DNA of 57,816 nt, counting the filler, from Jimgerdemannia flammicorona (lineage: Eukaryota): assembly GCA_003990765.1 (NCBI GenBank). It is 2 parts of 2 records of this genome, joined end to end, with 100 filler letters (N's around TTAATTAATTAA, not from the genome) between each part and the next. Parts side by side here need not be neighbours in the genome. Positions count along the whole stretch, not along the records: positions 1 to 28,878 come from RBNJ01000538.1; positions 28,979 to 57,816 come from RBNJ01000539.1. One strand, written 5' to 3'. Shown piece by piece: positions 26,093 through 38,700 of the stretch. Under the pieces are notes generated by a model. That model saw only the letters and a list, made by a program, of their open reading frames with translations, was not told where the DNA came from and ran no database searches. Positions within the stretch are counted from its first letter, which is position 1. The number at the start of each line of letters is the position of its first letter. Position numbers and translations under genes: made by a program.

Positions 26093-27569
26093 TATCATAT
26101 AGTAGTTGCTGAGTTCTTTAAATATATCAGATTCTCTTTAAGATATATCTTTTAAACTAACTATAAGTTTATTATAAGCAAGTTCTTATTGGAGTACCTT
26201 CCCAAGATCTTATAGTTCTCAAACTTCTTATCTTTAAACTGTCTTGTTATCTCTTAGATTACTTGTATAGAATTGAGTATAAGTAAACTTGACTGACTTT
26301 ATTTAAAGAAAATAAGAGAGATATTTATACAAAATATGATTCAATAGTTGCTAAGTTATAAAGCTAAATATAAATTCTAATAACTAAATAAAATACTGAA
26401 ATATAGAAAACTTCAGCTATAAGTACAAATTCAAGTATCTATACAAATAGTTGTATAAGGTCAGAATGCTAGTAGATTTCAGTATTATCAAAAACTTAAA
26501 GCAGAATATTCAGGACCATGGGGACTTTATCTTCATTACTATTATCAAGGTTAGAGGTCAGAGACAGGATGTCTTTAAAGGAAATAAGGTTGGTAAATAT
26601 TTTATCTATTTTGCATATTTCACATATGTTGCCAATTAGTGGGATAATATTATTACTGATGATGTCACACATTTGACAGTGGCAGAGACTCTCCAATCTA
26701 TGATATTCTCTTCTACAAAATAAGGAATAAATATTGGGTTATGGGGAGATCTAATCTGGATGCTGGGGCCTTGGAATACTGAGTTCAATTCTTATAAGAA
26801 TTGGTCTAGATTGTCCTGGAGGATAGGATTCTAGAACTCTTCTACTTCATCACTATTGAGAGTAATAGTGGACTGGGCTTCTGTAGTTACTATAGTCTTC
26901 AGTGCATTAGTATAGTGGGCTAATAATTCCTTAAAGTCTGAGATTCTAATATAGGATTGATTATGGTGCATGTCTGAAGACCTGATAAATCTTCTTGACT
27001 ATCCTTATTTCACATATACATATCTATGAGAGTGGCATCTTATATCTCTTGGAGACTGGTCTGAGAGAATTTCTAATAGAGGAGGTTTCCTATTTTATAT
27101 TTCTGCCACATCTAGAGGTATTTAGTAGTGATAGTAATTCTTGTTTTCATTTCACAGCAGTAGAAAATATAGTGATAAGGGTTATCAGTACCCAGGTTGA
27201 GGCTAGGAGTCCTTCTTATGTAGATCCTTATAGCTCTTCTGATATCTTAGAATATTCTTTCTTGGACTGAGGGGCCTTAGTGGTTCCTGGACCTTAAGGT
27301 TTGGTAAGTGGTAGGTATTTTATTTGTGGTAAGTCTTTTGAACTATTTCTGTGAGCCTTGTTTGAGTTGCTGCTACTACAGTTTCTTGATCCTTTTTATA
27401 TTCTTTAAGATATCTGTCTTATAGTCATGATGACTCATGGTTGGTCATCATTACTCATCTTATAGCCCAGGTAAGTTATGTCATATGATCTTTTAGTACT
27501 TTGATCTGGTGGCTTATAAGGAAAGACTATCTTCTGTAATGATATCATTATTCTGAGATCACTATTATA
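26093..27569 (-). repeat. 5' LTR of B (~1.48 kb)
   Basis: Matches the joined 10082-10324 + 19158-20404 sequence. Termini are decayed. Confidence 0.9.
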
Positions 27570-27573
27570 ATAT

Positions 27574-28478
27574 TTACTACTATCTTAGATAAAAGAAGAG
27601 ACATATATTATATTTGTAAAAAAAATAAAGCCACTACTTTTATAAATATATAAGTAAAATTAAAGAAATTTTAAACTATAAATAGATTAATATTATTACT
27701 TTTAAAATTAAAAAAGAAGATAAAGAGCAAGAATGAAAAGCTTATTCTACTCAGATATCTAAAAAGAAAGTTATATAAGAGACCATCAGAAAGATCTAAA
27801 AAGAGTCTAGTTGAAAGATCTACTAAGAGATAATTAGAAGTAGTTATAAAAGAAAAACTATATCTGAGAAAATAAATCAAGATATAAAGCTCAAATAAGC
27901 AGTTAAAGGTGTTATTTAAAATATAATCTCTACTAGTGAAAGAGTAAAGAAGAAGCTATATAAAAATAAGATCTTTAAGTATAATATCTTTAAGAATCTC
28001 AGCTAATAAAAGATCAATATTACTTTTGAACAATTAGTAAAAATCTCAAAATTTAGATAATAAGTTAGACTAAAATTATCTAAAACAGTTAAAAATCAAA
28101 ACTAAAAGATAGTAAAAGCCAATAATATCTAAGAAAACTTTAATAAGAAAAGTAAAGGTAATTATAAAATCTCTATCTATATAGTCTACTAAATTGAGAA
28201 CAGAGTCTTTGAAGCTATTATTGATATAGGAGCTGAAAGATATCTTCTTAGTAAGAAAACAGTAGACTGCTTAGATTAGAAAATTAAAAAAGCTACAAAG
28301 CTAGTATTTATTACTATAGATAGTATAATAGCTATATCTTTAAAAAAGATCTAAAATATATCTATTAAGTTTAGAGAAGTAACTATTCTAGTAAAGGTAA
28401 TCATAACTATACTACTAACTATAATATCTTTATTAATAACTAATAGCTCTATAAGACTAGAGTAATAATTAATATAAA
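27574..28478 (+). pseudogene. Continuation of old gypsy C: zinc knuckle and protease
   Basis: KYNIFKNL..KINITFEQLVKISKFR..VRL is homologous to A's QYDIYKDL..KVNATFGQLAEVPAFRQQLRV. EAIIDIGAE protease motif at ~28210-28240. Confidence 0.75.
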
Positions 28479-28878
28479 ACATGTAAGTTCTTTACTTATC
28501 TCAACTGGGAGAACCAGGCCCTACCCACTGTGATATACTTTGATAAGGATTTTTCTTTGCCTATCATTCTCTTTGGGGTAGTAGAGGCTATTCTATTTGA
28601 CTCAAACATAGCCTTGTATATATGTTGGAGTCTCAGGTATGTGCTTTCAGTCATTGGCATATGACTGGGTTCCCCCTGATAGTAGGGAGAGCATGGTGTG
28701 CAGAATGAGGTATGGGCCAAATTGACCCTACTATACCTGACATGGTCAAGCTGCTAGATAATAGCTAGCCTAGGTTAATGAGAGAGCAGTGCTTGGTGGG
28801 TGGTGGGGGAAGGTTTTGGCCTATATAGTCTAGGTTCTCTTCTAATAAAAATCTGTGAGATATTGAGTTCATTAAAAA
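28479..28878 (+). mobile_element. 5'-truncated (~400 bp) second copy of the poly(A) retroposon
   Basis: Reverse complement of ~4090-4490. Ends in an A-run at the contig edge. Confidence 0.9.
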
Positions 28879-28978
28879 NNNNNNNNNNNNNNNNNNNNNN
28901 NNNNNNNNNNNNNNNNNNNNNNTTAATTAATTAANNNNNNNNNNNNNNNNNNNNNNNNNNNNNNNNNNNNNNNNNNNN
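28879..28978. other. Artificial contig-joining linker N44-TTAATTAATTAA-N44
   Basis: Exactly 100 bp and symmetric. TTAATTAATTAA gives stops in all six frames and is a conventional pseudomolecule spacer. Confidence 0.95.
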
Positions 28979-29405
28979 TAATATAATTAATAATAATTTA
29001 TATATTATTAATACAAAATTACTAAATTTATAAAAAAAAAAAAGTATTTATTACTCATAAATTACAAATTTATATATTAAGATTAATTATTTATTAAGTT
29101 ATAATAATAAAAATCTCAAATTTATATTAAATAAAATCAATATTTTTTTTTTTATTAAAAAAAAAGAAACTGATAAACTAATTAAAATAAATAGATTAAC
29201 TTATAACTTTAAGAATTATATATAACTTAAAACTATAATATATAATATATAAACTAGAATTAAAAAAAATTATAAAAAAATAAGTAATATATAAAATATA
29301 ATATATATATAAAAGATTTTTTTATTAAATATTTTTCTTAAATTTAGTTACAAATATATTCTTTTACAAAAAGTAATATATTTAATAGTTAGGATTAGAG
29401 TTAGA

Positions 29406-31596
29406 CTTTAAGTAATTATTTATTTATTATGAAATAAATAAGATATATTGATATAATAAATAATATAATTACTATAGATAAGAAATACAAAATGTGGTCT
29501 GCAAAGTAAACAACTAGCTAAGAAAAATCTAAAAAAAGATAAGTAAGGTGACTACTTTAAAAAGAGAGCTAGATAAATTATTTATTATAACTATAGGAAA
29601 AATAATGATATAGAAATCAAAAAAAATAAAAAAAAACTAAGTTAAAGTATATAAATATTGTATAGTAATAGTAAGAGAATATATTGACAACTAATCACCA
29701 ATCAACTAATAATTTATATAATCTCAATAATAAGAAAAATTATCTAGAATATATAAGAGAAGAAAAAATAATAAATAATATATACAATTATATAATTATC
29801 ATTATTTTTATAATTTAAGTCAGATAAAAACTATCATATAGATAGCTATTAGAATTATACATATGTAGTATTAATAGTATAATAGTCTATCTTATAAAGA
29901 GTATAAAGAGAGTAAGCTTTAAGATCTATAATTATTTAATATTATTGAACTAGTCTAATTATTTATAACTATATTTTCCTTTTAAGATAAAATATAAATT
30001 ATTAAAAAGATTATTCTTTTAAAGAGAGCTACAGTAGAACTAATCATCATAAATTCAGATATAAAGTTGGTTGAAATAGTTATAATACTAGATAAGTATA
30101 GAATATATAAACTAAAGAGAGAAGATAAGATTATAATAAGCTTTTTGCAACTATAAGTAACTATGAAATATAATATACTAAATAAGTCTGTAGAAAGAGG
30201 AGATCTATTTTTATAATAACTAATTATATAAAAATAACAAGAGAAAAAAATAGAGTTATTATAACTTATAAAGATATTGATATCAATTAAGAAAATTAAC
30301 TAAGAAATCTAAGAGTAAAACTAGTCTTTAATAGAATCTAGAGAATATAAATAAAGTAAGTACTAAAAGAACTGATAGAATTGTTATTCAACTTATTACA
30401 CTAATTCTGATAAGCTTAGAATATATAATAGAGAACAGATATATATTAAAGAAAGATAGAAAGGCCAAAATTAAATATTAAGTATATATTTATAAGTAAA
30501 CTCAATAGTCTATACTATAGCCTTATCTAAAATTAATGTAAGAACTTTAATACTAAAAGCTTTATTATAGTAGTAGAATAGAGAGCTTAAAGAAAAAAAA
30601 AAATTAAACTTGAACTTAAATCTAATGAAACTACAAATAATGGCCAGCTTAATTAATAATAATAAAAAAGATCTATAAGTATAGTAGAAGTAAAGCAACT
30701 ATTCAACTTTAGCTATATTTGCTACAATATAGAAATAATAAAATTAAATCTATTATTAGTATATAGTATGCTCAGATATATATAAAAAAAATATAGAAAA
30801 TATGACTCACTCTCAATTAGTATAGTAGAGCCAATAGGAATAATATAACTATACTTCTTAGATAAAGCTCTATACTGTTAATATGTAGCTAATCTTTGCA
30901 AAAATCAACTATTCTCTATCTCTCAGTTATAGTTAGGATAAAAAGCTTACAATAGAGTTAATAAAGATATTGAATAGTTTGAGAGAAGAAAGCTCTAAAA
31001 GAGATTATACTTTATAGAAACTAAGAGAGTAACAAAACTATTAAAAACTATTTTATTAAATAAGTTATATTTAATACTCAAGAGAGTCTCATCAATATCT
31101 TACTTCTCTAAGTATTGAAGAATAAGCTTAAGAGAGACTTAATTATATACATATCTACTAGAGATTCAAAAAAATATAATAATCTCAACTTTTAGATTAT
31201 ATCTTATTTGAAAGTAAGATATAAGAGAGAATAGAGAAGTAAATTTAAAAACTATCTTAATAATATAATATTTTGATCAGACTACTACAACTCTTAATAT
31301 AACCTTTTAATAATAGTATTCTAATAATAAAGAGTGAGTCTCCAAACTATATATAACTACAAAAAGAATAAAAGATCTTTTAATAGACTATAAGAAGCAT
31401 TCTTCTCATCTGCTATTATTTAAAGAATTTAAATATATAAGTAGTTAGTCTAATAGTTCTTTGAGAGAAGAGAGTTATAAATAACTCTCTAAACTATAGA
31501 TTAGTTAAACTAAGACTACAGTATAAGGGCACCTATATTAAGAAAGAAGATATTCTTAAAATTATCATAATAAAAGTTGAGATATTCTAATAAAAA
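29406..31596 (-). mobile_element. Telomeric LINE unit 1 (5'-truncated, extremely AT-decayed)
   Basis: Follows degenerate GTTAGGATTAGAGTTAGA (29388-29405). Colinear with the 3' ~2.3 kb of units 6 and 7. Confidence 0.8.
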
Positions 31597-31653
31597 TAAG
31601 GTTAGAGTTAGAGTTAGGCTGTAAGTTATATTTTATTTAGAGTTAGGGTTAGG
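31597..31653 (+). repeat. Degenerate TTAGGG tracts flanking a 19-bp element 3'-end relic
   Basis: TAAGGTTAGAGTTAGAGTTAGG + CTGTAAGTTATATTTTATT + TAGAGTTAGGGTTAGG. Confidence 0.75.
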
Positions 31654-34600
31654 CTTCAAGTAAGAATTTATTTATTATAAAGAAGATAAGATATATTGGA
31701 GCAACAAATGACAAAGACTCCTTAGATGAGAAAGTAAAAAAAGGCCAGCAAAGTAAACAACTAGCTAAGAAGAACAAACAAAGCTCAGAGAGGTGATCAC
31801 TCTACAGACTTGCTGGATAAATCATTTTGTCATAGCCATAAGGATATAAATACAAAAAGTAAGAAGAGAGAAGCTAAATAAAATAAGCCTGATATTAACT
31901 ATAGGAATAATATCAACACTCAAATACTAAGTGACTAATATGAGATACATATATAACCCAATTCACTCACAACAATAAGGGAATCAACAGAGGTGAATGA
32001 GAGAAAAGAAAGAAATAAAGAAAATATATGATCACTCAATTACTTAAGTATCTTTGTAATTTTGACCAAATAGAACCTAACTACAAGGTAGTTACCAGAA
32101 TTGCACATAGCATCAATAGTATAGTAGGCTATCTTATAAAGAGTAAGAAGAGAGTAGACATGAAGTTTCTTTAGCTATTTGTTATTGATAAACCAATCAA
32201 GCTATTTATCATAATCAAAATTATCTTAGAAAGTAGAATATGAACTATTGAGAAGACTATATCTATGGAGATGGCCATGATGAAACTTATCTCTATAGAG
32301 GTAGGGACAGAGTTGCCCAAAGTAGCTATAATGCCAGATAAGCACAGAATGCACAAACTGGAGAAGAAAGGAGAGGATCCTATCAGCTCTATATAACTAT
32401 AAACAGCTATAGGGTATAATATACTAAACAAGAGCCTGGGAGAAGGAGGCCTATTCCTGTAGCAACTAGTTCTGAAGGAAAGACTTAAGAAAGGAGTAGA
32501 GAAAGTGAGTCTTATAGATCTAGAGATGAAGATCCTAGTACCAGTTGAGGAAGTTAAGTCAGGAGATTTAATACTGAAACTTATCAATAATAAAACCTAG
32601 GGGATGGGTGATAAATTGCTCACTAGGAGAGCCAATAAGATTGTTGCCAGACTTTTCTCACTAATCTAAATGGGCTTAGAATATACAGCTAAGGTCTGAC
32701 ATATGATGGAAGAAAGAAGAGAGGCCAAGAATCAAACTACCAAATAAGAGTCAGCTAGAAAATCTAACTACTGAAGCAACTGTATCATTGAGGAACTTTA
32801 ATACCTGAAGTCTTGTAGTTATAGCTAGACAGAAGGCTCATAGAAGGAAAAGGCCATACTTTAGCTAGGGCCTAATAAAAGTATATATAATGGCCAGCTT
32901 AACTATTTGAGACTAAAGAGGACTATAGATATAGTAAAACCCAAGAGTTTGCTCTGCCTTTACTATATTCTATAAAAATTCTTTATTAATATATAGTATG
33001 TCTAGATATATATAAGAGGTGGGTTGTAGGCATGGCTCACACCCAATCAGCTTAGAGCTGTTGATAGAGCCAATATATCTACACTTTTTAGAGTAGAGTT
33101 CTATACCATTCATCAACAATCAATCTTTACAAAAGTCAACTATCCTCTGGCCCTCTATTATAGTATAGAGAGTGAGAGTAATATTATCTATAAAGAAAAG
33201 TCTGAGAGAGAAGTTGTACTCCTTAAACTGCTCATCAAAGAAGGCAGCGAGAGTGTTAATGAATATGTCAAAGAGCTAAGAGGAGAGGAGGGAGCTCTGA
33301 AAAAGGCTATACTTAGTGGAGACCAAGGGGGTGATAAGACTATTAACAACTCTCTAGTAAGAATAGTAATTGAACAGGCTTTTGAATAATACTAAGAAAG
33401 ACTGCATTGATACCTTGCACCTCAAGTCTAGAAAGGATAAGCCTGAGGGGGACTCTGTCATATATCTGCCAGAGATCAAGAAAGACCTAGTGGCTTCACC
33501 TCTTGGCCCATATCTTGTACAAGAGTAAGATATAGGAGAGAGATGAGAAATAGATTCAGAAGCCACCTTGATAGCATGACATTTCTGTTGGGTCACTTTT
33601 GCTCTTGATATAGTCTTCTAAATATTATTTGAAGAGTTGGTAAAATATCTCAGTAAGAGTAATAGAGTAAAAAACATCAATCATCTGGAATTTCTCCTTT
33701 TTAAGAACTTGAGAGATGATGACAGAATTCCAGCAATATAGAGTGAGCCCCCAAATTATGCACAACTGAAAGAAGAAGGAAAGGGCTTTCAACAGACTGC
33801 AGGGAGTATCCTTCTCATCTACTATTACTCAAAGGATCTGAATATACAAGGATTCAGTACTATAGATCTTCATGGGAGAGTAGCTACAGATAACCCTCTA
33901 AACTACAGATTTTTCAAACCAAGACTGCAGCCCAAAGGCCCCCATGCTGAGAGAGAAGATGTTCTCAAAGTCATTGAGTCAAAGATTGTAGCAAAATAAA
34001 AAACCTTGTCCTCAAATACTGAGAAGGTAGAGGAGCAGAATTTGAGGAGAGCAAGGAGATGGAGTGATACAAATACTTGAAATCACAAATAGTATCAGAG
34101 ATCAAAGATATAGTATAAAAGAGGTCCCATCATAGGAGAGGCATCACTCTGATTTCTATAGCATCATATGAGTCCAGAATATCCTTACAGATGGACTCTA
34201 TAAATTGCTGGTAATCTTCTACAGAGCAAAAGCTAGTGATGTAGTTCTGAACAGAGTAAATAGACCTAACAATAGTATTGAAGACAATATCAAAAGATTC
34301 CTAAAAATGAGCTTGAATTACAAGGTCAGTCAGATATTTTGCAAAATAGCAGTAAATACCAGCTAAGACACAAACTGGTGAGAAGAAGAAGAGAAAAGAG
34401 ATAGTGATGAGGGAGATGTGGTTGGTAGAAATAAGAGGTATTGAGTAGGTGAGAGATGTATAGAGGGACACAGTGGCAAATACATGGTCAATGTATATAG
34501 ATCCAGTCACTAGGATTAGATTGTTTAGTGACCATATTATCAAGAAGATATTGATGATATCCATCTAATCACAAGGACCAGAATTGATTTCACTGAGGTA

Positions 34601-35677
34601 GATACCAAAGCATGTATTGATGTCACTAATTAAAAGAGCCTTATCCAGAAAGAGGTCAGATATGAGATTACAGAAACTACCAATAGAAAGAGAGAAGAGA
34701 GTATAAACTCCAACCAAAGCCAGACCCTAGAATAAAAGCCAGATATGAGAAGGAGTTAGTTGAGGACTCAGAAATAGAGAGGTAAAATGAGTTAATACAA
34801 GAACTACAAGACTACTATTCTGGTAGCCTATAATCTTATGCAATACTGAGAGAGTGGCTATGTGAATAAGTAGAGATAGATGTAGTAGAATATAATATAT
34901 TTCACATATATAAAGAATGTCAAAAACAGGACCAATTAACTAACTGAGTACATTGAACTAGTCTATATGTATTAAGGAATCCAACTCATATTAGGGGCCA
35001 GGTGTGTTAGTACTAATAGTATAAAAAGCATCTGAGGTAAAAGTTTCAGCTTCCAAATCTGTTACTAGATCTCTAGTTATGGCTACAGTATCACCTGTCT
35101 TTGAAGCAGAGCTAGCCAACAGTGGGACAAAGAGGGGAGAGTAAGGCTGAGTTTCATAGTACATGTCTTATAGAATATCTGGACATTAGATCTCTTTATA
35201 GTAGCATCACTAGCCAACTGCTAGACTTGAATATAGAAGATTGTAGGACCCATTCTTTTATAGCCTACATAGTGTTCTTATTATAGAAGAGTATAGGGTC
35301 TAAGGCCAAAAGTACTGAGAACCCCAGTACCTTCACTTTTATTTGGAATACTATAATATAATCAGAGTATAAGAAAAATTCAATAGTCAATACCAAGAAA
35401 TAAGATATATTGAAAACATTTCTTAACATCATATAGATATTATATAAGTTTTTCTAGATCAGTCTGATCTTCAAATAGACAATGTAATAAAAATGTGCTA
35501 TAGTTAGATAACTCTCTTAGTTAGTGACAAATAAGAGGTCAGCTTTTTGATCATATATAAGAGAGCAGAAGTAATAGTAGCTATCTCTATCTTAGGTAAG
35601 CCTGGGTCTTATTTTTGATAGAAACCTTCTTGGCAGTAGTGATATACATATGATTTGGGAGGTGGGGGTGAAAGTAG
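31654..35677 (-). mobile_element. Telomeric LINE unit 2 (5'-truncated within ORF1)
   Basis: Starts CTTCAAGTAAGAATTTATT. Contains ORF2 remnants (VTGSIYIDHVF). Breaks into degenerate telomere repeats at ~35678-35715. Confidence 0.9.
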
Positions 35678-35715
35678 AGGTTAAGGTCAGAGTTAGGAGT
35701 AGGGTTAGGGTTAGC

Positions 35716-38700
35716 CTTCAAGTAAGAATTTATTCATTATAGAGAAGATAAGATACATCAGAGCAAAAAGAGCAATGACTCATAAGATAAGAAAAGTAAA
35801 AAGAGGCCAGTGATATAAATAACTAGTTAAGAAGAACAAAACAAAAATTAGAGAGATGACTATCTTATAGATGAACTGGATAAATTTTGTCATAGCTATA
35901 AATATAATAAATGTGAAAAGCAAAAAAAATAAAAGCTAAGATATAATATACAAATACCTGGTGCCAACTATAGAAACAATATTGAAATATAAATACTAAA
36001 TAACTAATATGAGATATATAATCCAATACACTCTCAACAATTAGAGAATCAACCAAGACAAATGAGAGGAAGAAAAGAAGTAAAGAAAATATATGATTGC
36101 TCAATCACTCAGGTATCTTTATAATCTTGATCAGACAGAACCTAACTATGAGATAGTCATCAGAATTATATATAGTATTAATAATATAGTAGGCTGTCTC
36201 ATAAAGAGTATAAAGAGGGTAATTGCAAAGTTCCTCCTGCCATTCATCATTAGTAAACCAATTGAGCTATTTATCACAATCAGAATTTCCTTAGAAAGTA
36301 CAATACAAACTGTTGAGAAGACTATACTGATAGAGATACTATAATGAAACTTATCTCTACAGGAGCAGGGGCAGAGTTGATCAAAGTAGCCATAATGTCA
36401 GATAAGGGCAGAGTACACAAGCCAGGAGAGGAAGGAGAAGACATGATCAGCTCCTCTAGACTATAAATGGCCTTTAGGAGTGATGTACCAAATGAGTGCC
36501 TGAGAGGAGAAGGCCAATTCCTGGAGCAGTTAGTTCTGAAGAAATAACTGAAAGAAGGAGCGAAGTGAGCAAGTCTTACAGACCTGGGGATGAAGGTCCC
36601 AGTACCAGTCAAGAAAGTCAAGCCAGAAGGTCCATCAACAGAACTTATCAATAATAGAACCTGGGGGATATGTGACAAAGTGCTCACTAAGAGAACTAAT
36701 AGGGTTGTTGCTAAACTTGTTATACTAATCCAGATGAGCTTAGAACATACTATAGAGGTCTGATATTCAATGAAGGAAGAAAGAGAGACCAAGAATCAAA
36801 CTGTCAAGCAAGGGTCAGCTGAAAAATCCAACTGTCCAAGTGATAGTATTATCAAAGACCTGCTTAGAATACTTTAATACCTGAAGTCTCATAGTAGTAG
36901 CCAGATAGGAAGCTCATAGAAGTAGAAGACCATACTTCAGCTGAGGCCTAATGTAGATACATATAATGGCTAGCTTGACTATTGGTAACCAGAGATGACT
37001 ATGAGTACAGCAGAACCCAAGTATTCATTCCACTTTTACCACATTCTACAATGCTAGACTGATAAAGTCAAATTCTTTATTAGTATAGAGTATACTGAGA
37101 TATACATAGGATAGGAGTTGTAGGCAGAGTTCACCCCCAATCAGTATGATATAGTTGATAGAGCCAATATAACTACATTTCTTAGAATTGAGTTCCATAT
37201 TATTCACTATAAGCCAATCCTCACAGAAGTCAACCATTCACTGATCTTTTACAGCAGTACAGGGGGTGAGAGCAATATCATTGATAAAGGAGAGCTTAAG
37301 GAAAAAGTCATACTCCTTAAACTACTCATCAAAGGAGATTGCAAAGTGGTCAATAAACATGTCAAAGAGCTATGGAGAGAAGAGAGAGTTCTGAAAAAGA
37401 CCATGCTTGGTGGGGACTGCAGAAGTAATAAGGCTATTAATAATTACCTAATAGGAATAGTAATTGAAAAGACTTCTGATAATACAGAGGAGGACTACAA
37501 CAGTCTCTTACACCTCAAGCTGAAGAAGAATAAGCTTGAGAGAGACTCTATTGTAAGCTAGCTGGAGGTCCAGGAAGACACAGCAGCTCTACTTCTTAGT
37601 CTATATCTTGTGTGAGAGTAAGATATGAGAGAGGGATGAGAAGTGGGTTAAGAAGCCATCTTAGCAGTATAATATTTATATTAGACCAATTTGGCTCTTG
37701 ATATAGTTTTCCAAATACTACTCAAAGAGTTAGTAAAATATCTTAATAAGAGTAATAGGGCAAAATCTATCAATCATACATGATTCCTTCTTCTTCAGAA
37801 CTGGGGTAATGATAGCAGAATTCCAGCAGTAGAGAGTGAGCCCCCAGACTACACACAACTGGAAGAAAAAGGACAGGGCTTTCAACAGACTACAGAGAGC
37901 ATTCTTCTCACCTACTATCATCTGAAGGATCAAGACATACAAGGAGTCAACTCCATAAGCCTTTGTAAGGAGGTAGCTGTAGATGGCCCTCCAAACTGCA
38001 GACTGGTCAAATGAACACTATAGCTTAAGAGCCTCCATACCAAGAGAGAAGATGTCCTCAGAGTTGTTGAGATACAAGAATGTATTTGGCTGGCCAAAGA
38101 TTATAGTAAAATAGACAACTATATTATTAAACACCAAGACAGCAGTAGAGCAGGTTTGGAGGGGAGCAGATGGAGTAGAGTAGTATGCTTGCTTGAAACC
38201 ATGAATAGTATTGGAGACTAATAATATACTGTTAAGAAGGACCTGCTACAGGAGCAGCACTGGTCTGATCTCTCTTGTATTATATGAGCCCAGAATGTCC
38301 TTACAGATGGACTATAGACTAGAGGTTAAGAGAGAGTCAAGGGAATCTACAAAAAATTGGCAATCTTCCACAAAGTAAAAGCCAGTGATATGGTCCTAGA
38401 TGGTATAGATAGACCTAACAATGGTATTACAAATAATATTCACTAATTTGCAAAGATGAACTTGAATAACCAGATCAGTCAGATATTTCACAGAGTAATG
38501 GTAGACACTAGCTAAGATAGTAACTAGTAAGGAGGAGAAGGGAAAGGAGATAGTAAAGAGAGAGAGGTGATCAGTAGTAATAGGGGGGATTGAGTAGATG
38601 AGGAATATATAGAGAGATGTAGTAGCAAATGCATGGTCAATGCATATAGATCCAGCCACCAGAGTTAGGTAGTTCAATGACCATATCATCAGTGAGATAT

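Larger units (their letters stand above)
10082..27569 (-). mobile_element. Ty3/gypsy LTR retrotransposon B (dUTPase family), full length, with element A nested in its 3' LTR
   Basis: 5' LTR 26093-27569. 3' LTR split into 10082-10324 and 19158-20404. PPT 20405-20414. PBS-like sequence ~26072-26089. Internal region 20405-26092 is colinear with A. 4-bp TSD ATAT at 10078-10081 and 27570-27573. Confidence 0.9.

Noticed and set aside
28923..28934. TTAATTAATTAA palindrome as a biological site
   Set aside because: Synthetic linker centred in the N gap.
28979..29387. Possible 5' end of a ninth, older LINE unit
   Set aside because: The position fits and there is faint similarity, but the sequence is about 90% AT and cannot be aligned reliably by eye.
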